DNA of 64,000 nucleotides from Rhynchopus sp. YZ270_cl-10 (lineage: Eukaryota). Positions 25,501 to 37,114 of this stretch are shown here, piece after piece (positions within the stretch are counted from its first letter, which is position 1; the number at the start of each line of letters is the position of its first letter). The notes under the pieces are model-generated. The model had not been told where the DNA came from and made no database searches. It saw only the letters and a list, made by a program, of their open reading frames with translations. The DNA lies in assembly GCA_964035575.1 (NCBI GenBank), contig OZ037839.1, positions 930,001-994,000 on the forward strand, in the 5' to 3' direction. Both the position numbers and the translations under genes were made by a program.

Positions 25501-27440
25501 GATTTTATCTACCTAGTGAAATAAAGTTCTCGTGCAAATTCGCGATTTTGGCTGTGCGGAAGAGTGAAATAATATGGCCTTTATTTCACTCAAGTTTGGC
25601 CTACAATTACCCGGGAGAGTGAAATAAAGTGGAAAAAGAGTGAAAAAATAACTAATTATTAGCGTGAAATAAAGTGCACTTTTTTTCACGCCCACGTAAT
25701 TTTGGCTCACGAGTGAGAGTTTATTGCCCGAGCCGCAGGCGAGGGCAATAATAGAGCACGAGTGAGACAAAATACGTGGAAGTGAAAAAACGCACTTTAT
25801 TTCAAACTAATACGTAGTTTTGTTTTACAAGTGAAAATGATATTTTTGCTGGGATCCTTCACAAACGAGACGTAAAATAGAGTGATTTTATGAACAAAAT
25901 GTGGGTACCTGTAAGTGAGAGTGTGAATGAGAGTAGGGGAACATGTGAACATCAATCAAAAGCAGGGAAGGGGTTACTTTTTTTGATATATGCCTCCTAT
26001 GACTGGTACTAATTACAAGATGTCACCACTCATCTCGCCTGTAGGGGGGGGGCAGGTGTATAGAGCATCACAGAAGGGGGGTTTTTTTTTTTGCACTCAT
26101 GATCATGGTTTGTTCTGTTGCACATTGATGTTAATCTTGACTTCTTGTGGCGTCTGAGTTGGGGGACTGTTGTTCTGTGTCAACAGCTGTGACATCGCAA
26201 CTTGACCGGCCTGTGTGACTTCGGTGTACCTTTGTGGCATTGCCTGACTGACCCACCCATAGTGGCGTTGCATCTGTACAATAGATGCTCCTGCCTCAGC
26301 GGCTTGAGTCGCAGAAGACCTGCGGAAGCTGTGCCCAGTGTACGAACCGTCCAGCGCAAGCACCCTCGCGACTTCTGCAGGTATGCCGTACATTTTGTTG
26401 ATGCCAAGAGGTTGCACACGAAAGGTCCCAGTAGTAGTTCTGTCAGCTGTCGTCTTAGTTCCAGTGATGAAGAAGCGACCCTCCTGTGAAACTGGTGAGC
26501 GCCGGTTCAGGTACTCCTCCACCACACAAAAGTAGATGCTGTCTCTTGGTACCACAAACCTCCCACGCTCCATGTCGGCCTTTTTCACCTTAGCACAGTG
26601 CTGGTACGTGAAGAGGTATCCCACTGGTGATTCCTGATAATTTGTCATCTCAAGCATCAGTGCTTCTGTGCATCTCATTCCCGACAGAAAACACACCGCG
26701 ACGTAAGCCTTGCGGACACACCAGTAGCAGTCGCTCAACTCGCTCATCTTGAGAAACATCTCCACTTCTCCCTTCGAAAACGTCTTGCTCTTCTTCGTCG
26801 ATTCGTCACTTCCCCAGGTCTTCAGCAACAGCCCGATGCGGTGGTACTCCTTTAGTGAAAAGTCGAACTCCGTCTTGAACATAAAGTTGAGCTTAGAGTA
26901 GCACGACCATAATGAGCTGGCTTTGTAGCTGCGTTCTTCGCGCAGGTGTGTCAAGTAAGAGACCACATGTTCTTCTCTTGGCTGCTTCCGCCCCGTGATT
27001 TTATTGTGTTGTAAAAACTTATTCCACTCCGTTTTGTATGCAGTGCTTGACTTCAACCCTGCCAGAAGCTCGGTCTCATACAGATCCTCCATAGCCTCCT
27101 TCTTCTTGGTCCTTGGCATGATTTGTAGGGTGGAGTGTGTGGTTTTGTGACTGACAGAAAACAGTGAAACTTTTTTTCACGCCAGTGAAACTTTTTTTCA
27201 CGCCTCCAGCGAAATTACTAAGAGCAAGCGTGAAAAAAAGCTCACTTTATTTCACGCCCCGTTTGTGAAGGATCCCAGCAAAAAGTCATTTTCACATGTG
27301 ATATAAAGTACTTTTTTTCACTCTTTTTCCACTTTATTTCACTCTCCCGGGTAATTGTAGGCCAAAAATGGAGTGAAATAAAGTCAAAAAGAGAGTGAAA
27401 AAAAAGTACTTTTTTCCATTCACGAGAGTGAAAAAAAAGT
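25501..27440 (-). mobile_element. Crypton-like tyrosine-recombinase DNA element (~1.9 kb)
   Basis: Single YR ORF flanked by inverted repeats (25595-25648 vs 27313-27366; ~25830-25885 vs 27242-27298) rich in GTGAAATAAA motifs; no RT nearby. End positions approximate. Confidence 0.8.
26103..27119 (-). CDS. Tyrosine recombinase (phage-integrase fold), 338 aa, intronless
   Basis: Catalytic residues recognisable: SGMRCTE (R), TGHSFRR (HxxR), HYGW (H/W) and PQRY (Y); helical N-terminal core-binding region. Confidence 0.93.
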   Translation of the reverse strand: MPRTKKKEAMEDLYETELLAGLKSSTAYKTEWNKFLQHNKITGRKQPREEHVVSYLTHLREERSYKASSLWSCYSKLNFMFKTEFDFSLKEYHRIGLLLKTWGSDESTKKSKTFSKGEVEMFLKMSELSDCYWCVRKAYVAVCFLSGMRCTEALMLEMTNYQESPVGYLFTYQHCAKVKKADMERGRFVVPRDSIYFCVVEEYLNRRSPVSQEGRFFITGTKTTADRTTTGTFRVQPLGINKMYGIPAEVARVLALDGSYTGHSFRRSSATQAAEAGASIVQMQRHYGWVSQAMPQRYTEVTQAGQVAMSQLLTQNNSPPTQTPQEVKININVQQNKP

Positions 27441-27622
27441 CCCAGGACGTACCTGCGGCACCACGACCAGCGCAACTGACGGTTGCGAAGACAAAACATG
27501 TGCGGAACGCCGTCTTCTACGAAGACGTGTGTTACACTTTCAAACAAACTTTTTACTTTTCAAACAAAAAAAACAAAAAAAAAAAAAACAAAAAAACCAA
27601 AAAAACAAAAAAAAAAAAAAAA

Positions 27623-28046
27623 ACAAGTAATTGCTATCGGAAAAAAAAACGGGGTGTGATGTGGAACTCCATCCTGTAGAAATAATCTACAATAAGCCCA
27701 GCATTCTGCTCTTCTGCAGGTATGCTAACGCTCTTCGTACACTGCCAGACCCACTGGGACGCCAGCATCTGAAACGTTCAAGAAGGGGGGGCTGTCCTCT
27801 TCGTCCAGCACCATCTGCTCGATAGCGTTGTTGGACGCCCGCTCGGCAGGCTCGGCGTGGTCCAGCTCGTTTTTGTCCACAGGCTCCCGACATTGTAGTC
27901 GCCGTTGGAGCAGTGCGGAAGGAACACAGAATGCACAGACTACAACACATCGATCACACCAGCAAATCGCCAGGATGCTACGGTGGTTTCGAAAATCGCG
28001 CGGAGTTTTCCACAGCACACCCGCTTTTTTCTTAGCAATTACTTGT
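27623..28046. mobile_element. Small TIR element
   Basis: ACAAGTAATTGCTA...CGGGGTGTGATGTGGAA pairs with TTCCACAGCACACCCG...TAGCAATTACTTGT. Confidence 0.6.
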
Positions 28047-30009
28047 CCGTGTTGTTATTGTTGTTTTCAACCACCTTCCTTCAACCCTTGTAGGATCAGT
28101 TGTTATATTTTTCGCGAAAACATGAAATTACACATTTCAAGAGAACAAATTAAAAAGAGTCCTTATTTGCATTTTTGGGCTCCGCCCGTGCAGTGGTGGG
28201 GTCAATCTCAAAAATTGGACAATTTTTTGACCACTTAAATTTTGAGAAATATGAGCCCGGTTCCTTATACGTGGGGCCCATTTTCGGCTAAAATTTTCCT
28301 CAAAATCTGGTTTTGTAAAATTGACCCTTTACTCCCCCCCCACATCGATTTCAATACTATACCTTACTTCACCTACGGTTGCCCTTACAGGGGGTGAAGG
28401 AAGGTAAGTTGAAAACCAAAAAAAAACATATGGAGGGTGTCTAAAAAGGTCAAAAACGGAAAAAATGGAAAAAAAGGTGAAAAAAATTGGGGTGTTTTTG
28501 ACCAAAAAAAGAGTGAGGGGAGTTGGGTCCAGTCATAGGGGAGTATAGCAATTTTTAAAAAATTCTACCAAAAATGCACAGCATTTTTCAAGCACATAGG
28601 CAGATTTTCGCTTTTTTATAAAAAATTGAGGAAACCGAAATATCCCACTGTAGCTGTCTTCCCTCAGAGGTCGGAGCCCAAAATAGGCCGTTCTTCCTGC
28701 GGAAAGTAGTGCGCACACTGTCCATATCTTCGAAGATGAACCGTTTCGGCTCGCAGAACACCTCAAATTACTTGCAGCTTGCGAGTCTCCGTGTTCTTGA
28801 AGGGTGGGGCGTAGAGGGAGAAGGCAGCGATCACATTGAGCGGAGGGCGTCGAAAAAGTCTATGTGAGCCGCGCGACTGTTCACGATGCCAGTGAAGAAG
28901 TCTTTCGGGAATCCTTGCCGGAAGGGCGTACGACCGTGGGTGAGACACCTGAGGAGTACTGGAGCACCCTCCGCTTGATGGCAGACGGCGTATGTCCTGG
29001 CGCAGACGCTTGGGGCTCACACACCCTCGGTGCTACAGGATCTTGAGGGTTTGACGCACTGTTGGCTGCGTGCTCGGTGGGTCACAAGAAGAGGTTGAAG
29101 CTTGTAGACACCAGCACGGCACGAGTCAAGTCACAAAGAGCTAGGAGAACTGACGTGCGGTGGGGAAGGTTCCCTCCGACCGTCCGGACTTGGCGGTCTG
29201 CACCCCCATCCTCGTCAAGAATTGGCTAGAGCACATGGCACCCAGAGCAGTGACCGGTCCGACGCTCGCACGTGAGCGTCGCTCCTCCGGAAGCTGGTAG
29301 TGGCCCAAGTCCACACGGACTAGAGGCCGCCGATGAGCAGGAAACTGCAGGAGGGCATGCCACAAGGGCTAACGAAACCATGGTACTGGGCCTATGTGGG
29401 GTTACAAACGTGTATATGGTGTAACCACAGATGCTCAAAACACCCGATTTTTACGTTTTTTTGCATTTTTCGGTGCCCCAAGACCCACCCCAGGGGTCTA
29501 AAAATTTTTCGAAAAAAAAATTTTTTTTTTCAGATTTTGCTAAGGTAAAATGTGACTGAAAATGATCCTCAAAATAGAGGATCCTCAAAATTCCCGTTTT
29601 TCCCTTTTTTCCCCTTTCCCCTTAGTCATTTTTCCCGTTGCCTTGTCGAAAAAAATTTTTTTGGGTCAAAAAAAAAAAGTGAAAATTTTTCACAAATTTT
29701 GATCCTACGACCACCCACAGGTGACGAAAACTCGGTTTTCGTGGAAAAAAAAAATTTTTTTTTGGGTCAAACAGCGCCTTGCTTATAGTATAGCCTTGTA
29801 CAGAGACGTGTATATGGTGTAACCACAGATGCTCAAAACACCCGATTTTTGCGTTTTTTTTCATTTTTCGGTGCCCCCAGACCCACCCCAGGGGGCCAAA
29901 AATTTTTCGAAAAAAAAAAATTTTTTTTCGGATTTTGCTAAGGTAAAATGTGACTGTGAAAAATGATCCTCAAAATAGGGGATCCTCAAAATTCCCGTTT
30001 TTCGTTGTA

Positions 30010-30589
30010 TGAATAGTTCTGTAACCTCTCTCTCTTTTACGGCAGGTAACCGGTTGAGGTGATACTTCCGGACTGAGGAAGGGCATTCTTTTACTTTTTT
30101 ATTTTGCCTGGACGGGGATGGGGGCGGCTTTGTCTAGATTGTTTTTATATTGTAGTCTTTTGTTGGGTTAAGGGGATTGGCAGACAACACTGGGGACCTC
30201 CTTGGACCACAGCTGTTGGCGTTGTCAAGCTCTACCCGGCTGTACACGGTCGGCCTGAAAACAGGTCCGAATCTAGGCTATGTGAACGAAATAAAAATAG
30301 CCAAAAAAGAAGAAGAAAGGGGAGAAGGGGGGGGAGAGGGGAGAAAAAGTAAAAAGAAGTCTCTAAAGTCTATGCGGCGGATCGAAGGCGCGTCTGCACA
30401 AGACTCCTCAGGCGATTGCACAGCGCCGACGCCTTCCTCAGCTCCTCCTGACTCAACATCGGCCTCACTGCAGTCCTCCACCGCCCACAGTACTCGAAAG
30501 CCTCCGCCGCCGTCATAGAGTCCCCGCCTTGGGAGCTGAAATGAGTGGTAGTGGGATAGAACAACCCCTCCCACTCATCCGCGGTCTCT
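30010..30589 (-). mobile_element. 5'-truncated retroposon R3 with ORF C-terminus 30370-30589
   Basis: Shared 3' motif at 30019-30100; translated end aligns with the R1 ORF; GTTTTTC at both flanks; interrupts a repeat unit seen intact at ~29590. Confidence 0.75.
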
Positions 30590-31599
30590 GTTTTTCCCTT
30601 TTTTCCCTTTTCCCCTTAGTCATTTTTCCCGTTGCCTTGTCGAAAAAAAAATTTTTGGCTCAAAAAAAAAAAGTGAAAATTTTTCACAAATTTCGATCCT
30701 ACGACCACCCACAGGTGACGAAAACTCGATTTTTTTGAAAAAAAAAAAATTTTTTTTTGGTCAAACACGGCCTTGCCTAGCCACTTTTGGGTATAGTATA
30801 GGCTTGTTCAGAGACGTGTATATGGTGTAACCACAGATGGTCAAAACAGCCGATTTTTGCGTTTTTTTGGCATTTTTCGGTGCCCCAAGACCCACCCCAG
30901 GGGGCCAAATTTTTTTCGAAAAAAAAATTTTTTTTTCACCTGAAAATTACCCATACAAGTAAAACGGACGTCACGTCAAGTCTTTGAAGGAACACACAGT
31001 GAAGTACGAGAAAAGGCGCCACTCAAGAACCATCCCACCTGATTTTTACCCCGCGGATAGGCGCGGATAGGAATGTACAGACCAAACCCCACCCATTTCC
31101 CCCTATATTCCCACAACCCACCTGATTTTTACCCCTGAAGAAAAGGAGGGTAGGGCAGGAGAGGACCGAGTGATATCGCACAGAAAACTGCGCTGGGTAC
31201 TGGGTACTCCTTGTAGGGTCTTGTTGCCTTTTGGCACATGTATTGTGTCCACGGTGTGTTGTGTTCACTGCTCTGAAGGTGCTGGCTCTCATCTACCTGA
31301 TGGGGTAAGTGACACAGCATCTGACCCGCCATCTGTAATCTTCTGGTTTCAACACTGCCTTTCAGTTCTGCATACTGAATTCGCAGCATCCTGAGCGTCT
31401 CACAACCTCAATTATTAGTCTTTGCCCGAGAAGGATGTGTTTGGACTCACTCAACCCCGTTCATCACTCTTGTGCCAAAGAAAACATCGGGCAAACAGTA
31501 CAAGTTCACGGGAGCAAAAGGGTGGACCCCTCCCTCTGCGCGTATCTCGCCAACGTAGCGAAGAAGATCCAGAGGTGTGCAGAACGTGATGCGGTCTAT

Positions 31600-32580
31600 T
31601 TTCCGACAAAAAAGACGGAGGATAGTTGTTCAATGGTGTGCTGATTCTGTCGGAAGATTTTGCACTGGAAGCTGAAGAACACCGCAAATGGTTCAACACA
31701 GATGAGGTTCGTCTCACAGTATTGATGTGTGTTCCACAACGGAAAGCCCATCAAATATGAGAAGAGTACTTTGCTCAAGAACCGGTTACAAGTGCTGAAA
31801 CACGAGAAATATGCTACTCTGAAGAACCGGGAGCACGTACAAGTGCTCAGAAATGCCACACGCTCCAACTACAATTCACAGTAGGGTGAAAACGTAAGCG
31901 GGCAGCGGGAGACCAAGAGAGCCAGGAGCGCAGCAGGGCACGCAGGTGATGGTTTGGATAAGTCCATTTCCTGTGAGAGTGGAATCCGGTCGAAGTCATA
32001 GTGGGGGCGGAACAAAGGTTGCAGCTGAGCTGTTCTCCAGGCGTGAGTGGCAGATTGTTGATACGTTTTATTTTTCCTTCCTTCAAAACTTCACAACGCT
32101 TTTTTGGTCTTTGGGAGACACACAAGGTGCCAGGTTCTATGATAAGTACGGAACCACCCTGCACCTGTTTTGTCATATTGTTTCCCGTGCAATACATGGA
32201 GAAACGTTTCGTACTCGAAACTAGGACACATTGCATTGTATAAAGACCTCCGAGGCACCCCAAAAACTTCTCCAGGCGTGACTGGCAGATTGTTGATACG
32301 GAGGCTGTTGTTCAGAGACAACCGGTGTATTGCTCCCCATCAGACGCTGGAGGTAGCATCAATACTGTCCTTCAGGGCAGTAGGGATAACTCCGCAGTTC
32401 GACACACAGTTAGGCCACGGCGACCTGTCAGCAGTTGTGACGGAGTGGAAACTAGGATCTGAGCGTATAGCATCGCAGGCAGGGCAGGACCACCATAAGT
32501 GCTCATTCGTGTCGTCAGCTTCCCGATCGCAGTGGGGCCGACTTTTTTTTGCACTTTTTATGTTGCTTTTACCCCCCAAG
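31600..32580 (-). pseudogene. Degenerate non-LTR retrotransposon C-terminal fragment
   Basis: RPHCDREADDTNEHLWWSCPACDAIR resembles the CCHC knuckle of LINE ORF2; duplicated INNLP(V/L)TPGE segment; broken frames. Confidence 0.45.
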
Positions 32581-32659
32581 AATGACTTGGGAGGGATGGG
32601 AAAGGGGGTTGGCCCTGTCTACGAACGAAAAAGAAGAAACAAGCAAAAAGCGTGGAAAT

Positions 32660-32770
32660 ATTTCACGGCCGTGATCAATGCAAAATTTCACGGCCGTTAA
32701 ATTTTTCAGATTTTCTTCACGGCCGTGACCTCCCCGACAAAAAAAAATTTTCCCCGTCGTGACGGCCGTT
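32660..32770. repeat. CACGGCCGT array (MITE end)
   Basis: Four ACGGCCGT palindromes within ~110 bp. Confidence 0.6.
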
Positions 32771-33364
32771 ATACTTGTATGATTACCTTGTCAAAAAAAA
32801 AAATTTTTTTTTTTTGAAAAAAAAAATGGCAAAGACAAAGGGAAAAACGGGAGAAAAGGGAAAAACGGGAAATTTGAACACCCTCCTATCATTGCTTTTC
32901 CTTTTAATTTATAAGGTGCCCAGGCCCCGGGGGGCTTGGGTGCACTTTATAAATTTTTTTATCAAATTTTCTTTTACTTTTTGACTCCGTGGTTAACCTC
33001 GTGTGAGGTTGCGCGGAGTTCGCAGTCAGGCCAGGGAGCCACGTAACAAGGCTCGACTGCCACATAGTGGGGGGAGATCTGTGCAGCCTGTATATTCCCC
33101 CCGATTTTCGTGGTAAATGGGGAGGCGCTTCCGTTTAACGGCAACCCACAAGAGTAGAACGACAACCAAACTTTTGAGAAACAGACGCCAATGAGACCTA
33201 GAGTCTCTCTTCTTACTTGTGCGCTACAGACAAACATGACAACGCTAACCACGACTGCCACGGCAGAGCGGGGTCCCGAACGGTTCACTGGGGGGGATCC
33301 ACATAGATAAAGAAAACAAAAAATACGAAAGCAAGGAAGAAAACCAGTAAAAAAAAAAAAAAAA

Positions 33365-33838
33365 AAAAAAAGTACTTTTTTTCACTCACCATTTCCCACC
33401 AAAAATTGACCACTAAATATGGTGCAACACTTTATTTCACCCAAGTTTGGCTTAAAATGATCGGGAGAGTGAAATAAACTAAATAACCAGTGAATACAAA
33501 TACTTCATTTTACCCACACTTTTCCACCTATCAAAACAATGCCCCGTTCGAAGAAGGACCAGATGCAGGAGATACGCTCCTAGCTCCGAGAGAAAATACT
33601 GCTGGTATTGCGTCACGCACGAAATGGACTGAGTTCCTTTCGTTTTCGGACATGAAGGGCAACATCCCTGCGTGAGGAACATTTTGTGTGATACCCTTTG
33701 CTTATTATCACTTTACCTCGCTCTGCCGGTAATTGTAGGCCAAACTTTCGTGAAATAAAGGCCATATTAATTTCACTCTTCCGCACAGCCAAATATCGCG
33801 AATTTGCACTCGTTTATTTCACCGGCAGATAAAATCTC
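33365..33838 (+). mobile_element. Non-autonomous relative of the YR element, opposite orientation
   Basis: 33725-33838 is the reverse complement of 25501-25613; 33365-33490 resembles the other end; no recombinase ORF. Confidence 0.75.
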
Positions 33839-33839
33839 G

Positions 33840-34025
33840 TATCTGGCACAATAAAGCGCACTTCATTTAACTCGTGAGTGGATCTGCAGATTTGCATTCT
33901 CATTTCAACTCGCTGCGCTCGTTAAAATGAATACTTTTCGTGACTCGCTTCGCTCGTCACGAAAAGTACGCAAATCTGCAGATCCACTCACTCGTGAAAT
34001 AAAGTGCACTTTATTTCACCAGATA
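33840..34025. mobile_element. Small palindromic element with YR-element-type motif
   Basis: TATCTGG...CCAGATA ends, GTGAGTGGATCTGCAGATTTGC inverted pair, and a GTGAAATAAAGTGCACTTTATTTCAC palindrome. Confidence 0.65.
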
Positions 34026-34053
34026 AATAGTTATTTCTTTTGTTCCCATTTAT

Positions 34054-34988
34054 CATACTTGGACCGCCCGAAATATATTTCGGGCGAATTCGGGCGGATT
34101 TTTCGGGCGCAGATCCCGAGCGCCCGAAATGTGCCCGAAATATATTTCGGGCGTTTTAAAGGGAATTTATACGTAATTCGGGCGAATTCGGGCGCATTTC
34201 GGGCGAATTTGGGCACATTTCGGGCGAATTCGGGCGAATTCGGGCGATTTCGGGCAGATTCGGGCGAATTCGGGCGCACAACCAGTATCTTATGTGTGCT
34301 GGGAAGCATGCCACCAGTGTAAAAATTTAACGCTTTATTTGAAAGATTGGCACAAAATTTGTTCAAAGAAAAAAAAATTGAGCAAAAATTCCTAGTAGAA
34401 CCCAACTTATATGAGTGCAGCTCTGTTAGCAGCCACGTATAAAACCGATTTCCCTAACAATTTACACTAAAATACTACTAAAAACGTAAAAAGGCGATTT
34501 TTCACGTTATTGGGCATCTCCAGAACAACTACAGGCCCGAAACACCCCGAGAATGGGTCAGAACCACCCTGTGACCCGAAAATTCACAAAAATTCACCCT
34601 GAAATACGAAAAAATAGTGAAAACCCGGTTGATAGTGTGTTTTGGGGAGGAATAAGCAAATGATAGTCAGAAAACCCGTAATTTGGTGGTGATTCTCACG
34701 GGCCTCCAAAGTGCACTCAGGTGTACAAAAGTTTTCGATTCTTGCTTATTTTGACAGATTTGACATCAAATATTTCCAAATATAAAAAGTTTTTTGCAAA
34801 AATGAGTAGAACCTACCTAGTCGGTTTTCACTACGGAAAAAGCGCCCGAATTCGCCCGAAATCTGCATTTCGGGCGATTTCGGGCGTTTTCGGGCGACTT
34901 CGGGCGCACAAAATCGCCCGAAATCCGCCCCTAATTCGCCCGAAATCGCCCGAAATGCCCGAAATATATTTCGGGCGGTCCAAGTATG
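34054..34988. mobile_element. TIR element (CATACTTGGACCGCCCGAAATATATTTCGGGC) with TTCGGGCGA subrepeats
   Basis: Perfect ~30 bp TIR; arrays at 34060-34280 and 34840-34980. Confidence 0.85.
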
Positions 34989-35151
34989 AAAATTTATGGC
35001 TCTGCAAATTTTTCTCTGCAGCGACAGATCGGAAGGCCGCGGCATGTGGCATGTGAGCGGTGGTGAAACAAATACTGGATAAAAAACAACTCTCAAAAAT
35101 CACCAAAAACCCCCCAAACCCCTCTGTTCATCCAGCTTGTCCTGCTCCTGT

Positions 35152-37114
35152 TTATGCTGCCCCCAACTCTCCAAATCCTCTTTTTGTTCCTCTTTTTTGT
35201 CCTCTTGTACTTGCATCAATCCCTTCCCTCTCTTGTCCTGCTTTCAATGCAATACATTGTCTTGCACTTCCAGACACGTCTGTTCGTACTGCCTCAAAAG
35301 CTTCTATCCGCACATCTTCGAACTGTTCCGTAAACCTTGCGTAAATCTCACGCACACGTACATAGAAGGCCTCCTTGTAGGTGCTCATTCTAGGGTCTCC
35401 ATTCGGGAGAGACAACATCTCGTCAATGTCGATGTTGCCTGGCAAGACGACTGTTGTGAGTGCGTTGCAGTTGCGCAGGAAGTCGTGCCGGATCTCTGTG
35501 TCCCTGCCAAAACCTGACATGTCCAGCGTGGTCAAGGATGTGCACTCTTGAAGGAAACGTTTATCAATCTGCGTAACATTGCTCATTCCTGAGAAGTCTG
35601 CTGTTGTCAACGCGGAGCAGTCTTCCATCCAGCAGTCCTCAATGTGTGTGATGCTGCCAAAAGCTGAAAGGTCAATACTTCCCAGCGAGGTGCAACCCCA
35701 GAGAAAGCAGTGACCCACCTTCACAACTCTGTGCAGTGCTGTCAAGTCAATGGTTGCCAACGAGGTGCAGTTATGGAGGAAGCCGTTCTCAATGTGCGTG
35801 ACTCTGCGCCATCCTGAGATGTCAATCCTTTCCAACGACTGGCAGCTGACAAGAAAGTATGTACCAACCTTCGTCACACTCGTCATCTCGGATAAGTCAA
35901 GATTTGTGACGCTACTACCTGCGAGGAAACCGTCCCCTATCACCGTCACAGCAGTGAACCCTGACACGTCAAGGCTTGTCAACGATTTGCAGTCATAGAG
36001 ACAGAAACTCCCAATGTGCGTAACGTTGCGCAATCCCGACAAGTCAACTCTTGTAACCACACACATGAAGAGGAAGTGGTCCTCAATTCGTGTCACACCA
36101 GACACAGCAGAGAGATCAAGTGTAGTAAACGATGCTTGCGACAAGAAGTAGTTTGGAATAACAGTCGCAACCTCCGCCTGAAGAAGCAGAGAAGCCACCT
36201 CAGGATCCCTCACAGTCGCCAACCTCGCTTCGCTAAACGTTTTTAAAAATAGGATGGAACACCCCGTTCCGAAGAGGAATGCAGCCACCCCGAAAAAGTG
36301 GGGGTGTGTCGCCAGTCTGCGGTGAGAAACTCCTCCCTGAGTCAAAACTGCCGCTGGTTAGCGCTGGCTAAGGTTCCCTTTTCACCCGGTCACAATCGAG
36401 TCTCGCTCCGTCGGCGTTGACTGCACTGCAAAGCCCCTTGGTCCACCGTCGTAAAAAGACACCACAAAAAGCGTAGGTAGGTGGGGGACCGGCAGGTTAC
36501 AGACAGAGGCAGTACGGAGCTAAGGTGTCGGCGGTCGCGGGTTGCCGTGGAGGCCTGCCCCCCGTGGAGGTCTTGGGATCTGGGAGTTTTGTGGAAGTAA
36601 TCGGCTCAGAGTACCCTGCATTCCATGCACGACTCGAGCTCCTTGTGGTAGGATATTGGGGTCCCGGGAAGCACCCTTCGCCCCGAGGTCCCACCACCCC
36701 AGACAGTTTGTAGGTCTAAAAGCACAACGTACTTGTCCAGGACCTGGCCGCTCTTGGGTTCTCTCAAAAAAAGATACTAATCCCGTACGCCCGTGCACCG
36801 CAAAAATGTGCTATGGGGGGCGGTCCGCCGTCGGGAGTCGCCAACCTCGCTTCGGAAATGTCTGTCTCACCCAAGGCACGAAGTGTCTCAACAGATTGGT
36901 ACTTGGTAGTTTTCGTCAACACGACTGTGTCTCCAGCACTCAGTTCTGTGATGTCCTCTCCTTCCTCCTTCCCTCCGAAGCCCATGCGGAAGCTGTCTTC
37001 GCACAACCCTGTTGCAGACGCCACCTTCTGCCGCATCGTCTCCGTTGTGTCGTTCTCACCCACCTCAATCACGTATTTGTTTTCATCATCATATCCCTGC
37101 ACACACAGTTCCAT
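35152..37114 (-). pseudogene. UBL-LRR copy B, disrupted by a 603 bp insertion
   Basis: N-terminal part in ORF 36764..37186 and the remainder in ORF 35152..36345; split at SEARLAT. Confidence 0.9.
36233..36835 (-). mobile_element. 603 bp non-coding insertion with 19 bp TSD (likely short retroposon)
   Basis: AGTCGCCAACCTCGCTTCG duplicated at 36214-36232 and 36836-36854; paralogues show the empty site. Strand inferred from the putative 5' structure. Confidence 0.9.

Noticed and set aside
28640..29400. Coding-like island between repeats
   Set aside because: Only short ORFs, with no motif recognised.
25501..33838. A single 8.3 kb YR element bounded by long TIRs carrying cargo
   Set aside because: 33365-33838 has counterparts of both ends of the 1.9 kb element, so a separate inverted non-autonomous copy is the simpler reading; not fully excluded.
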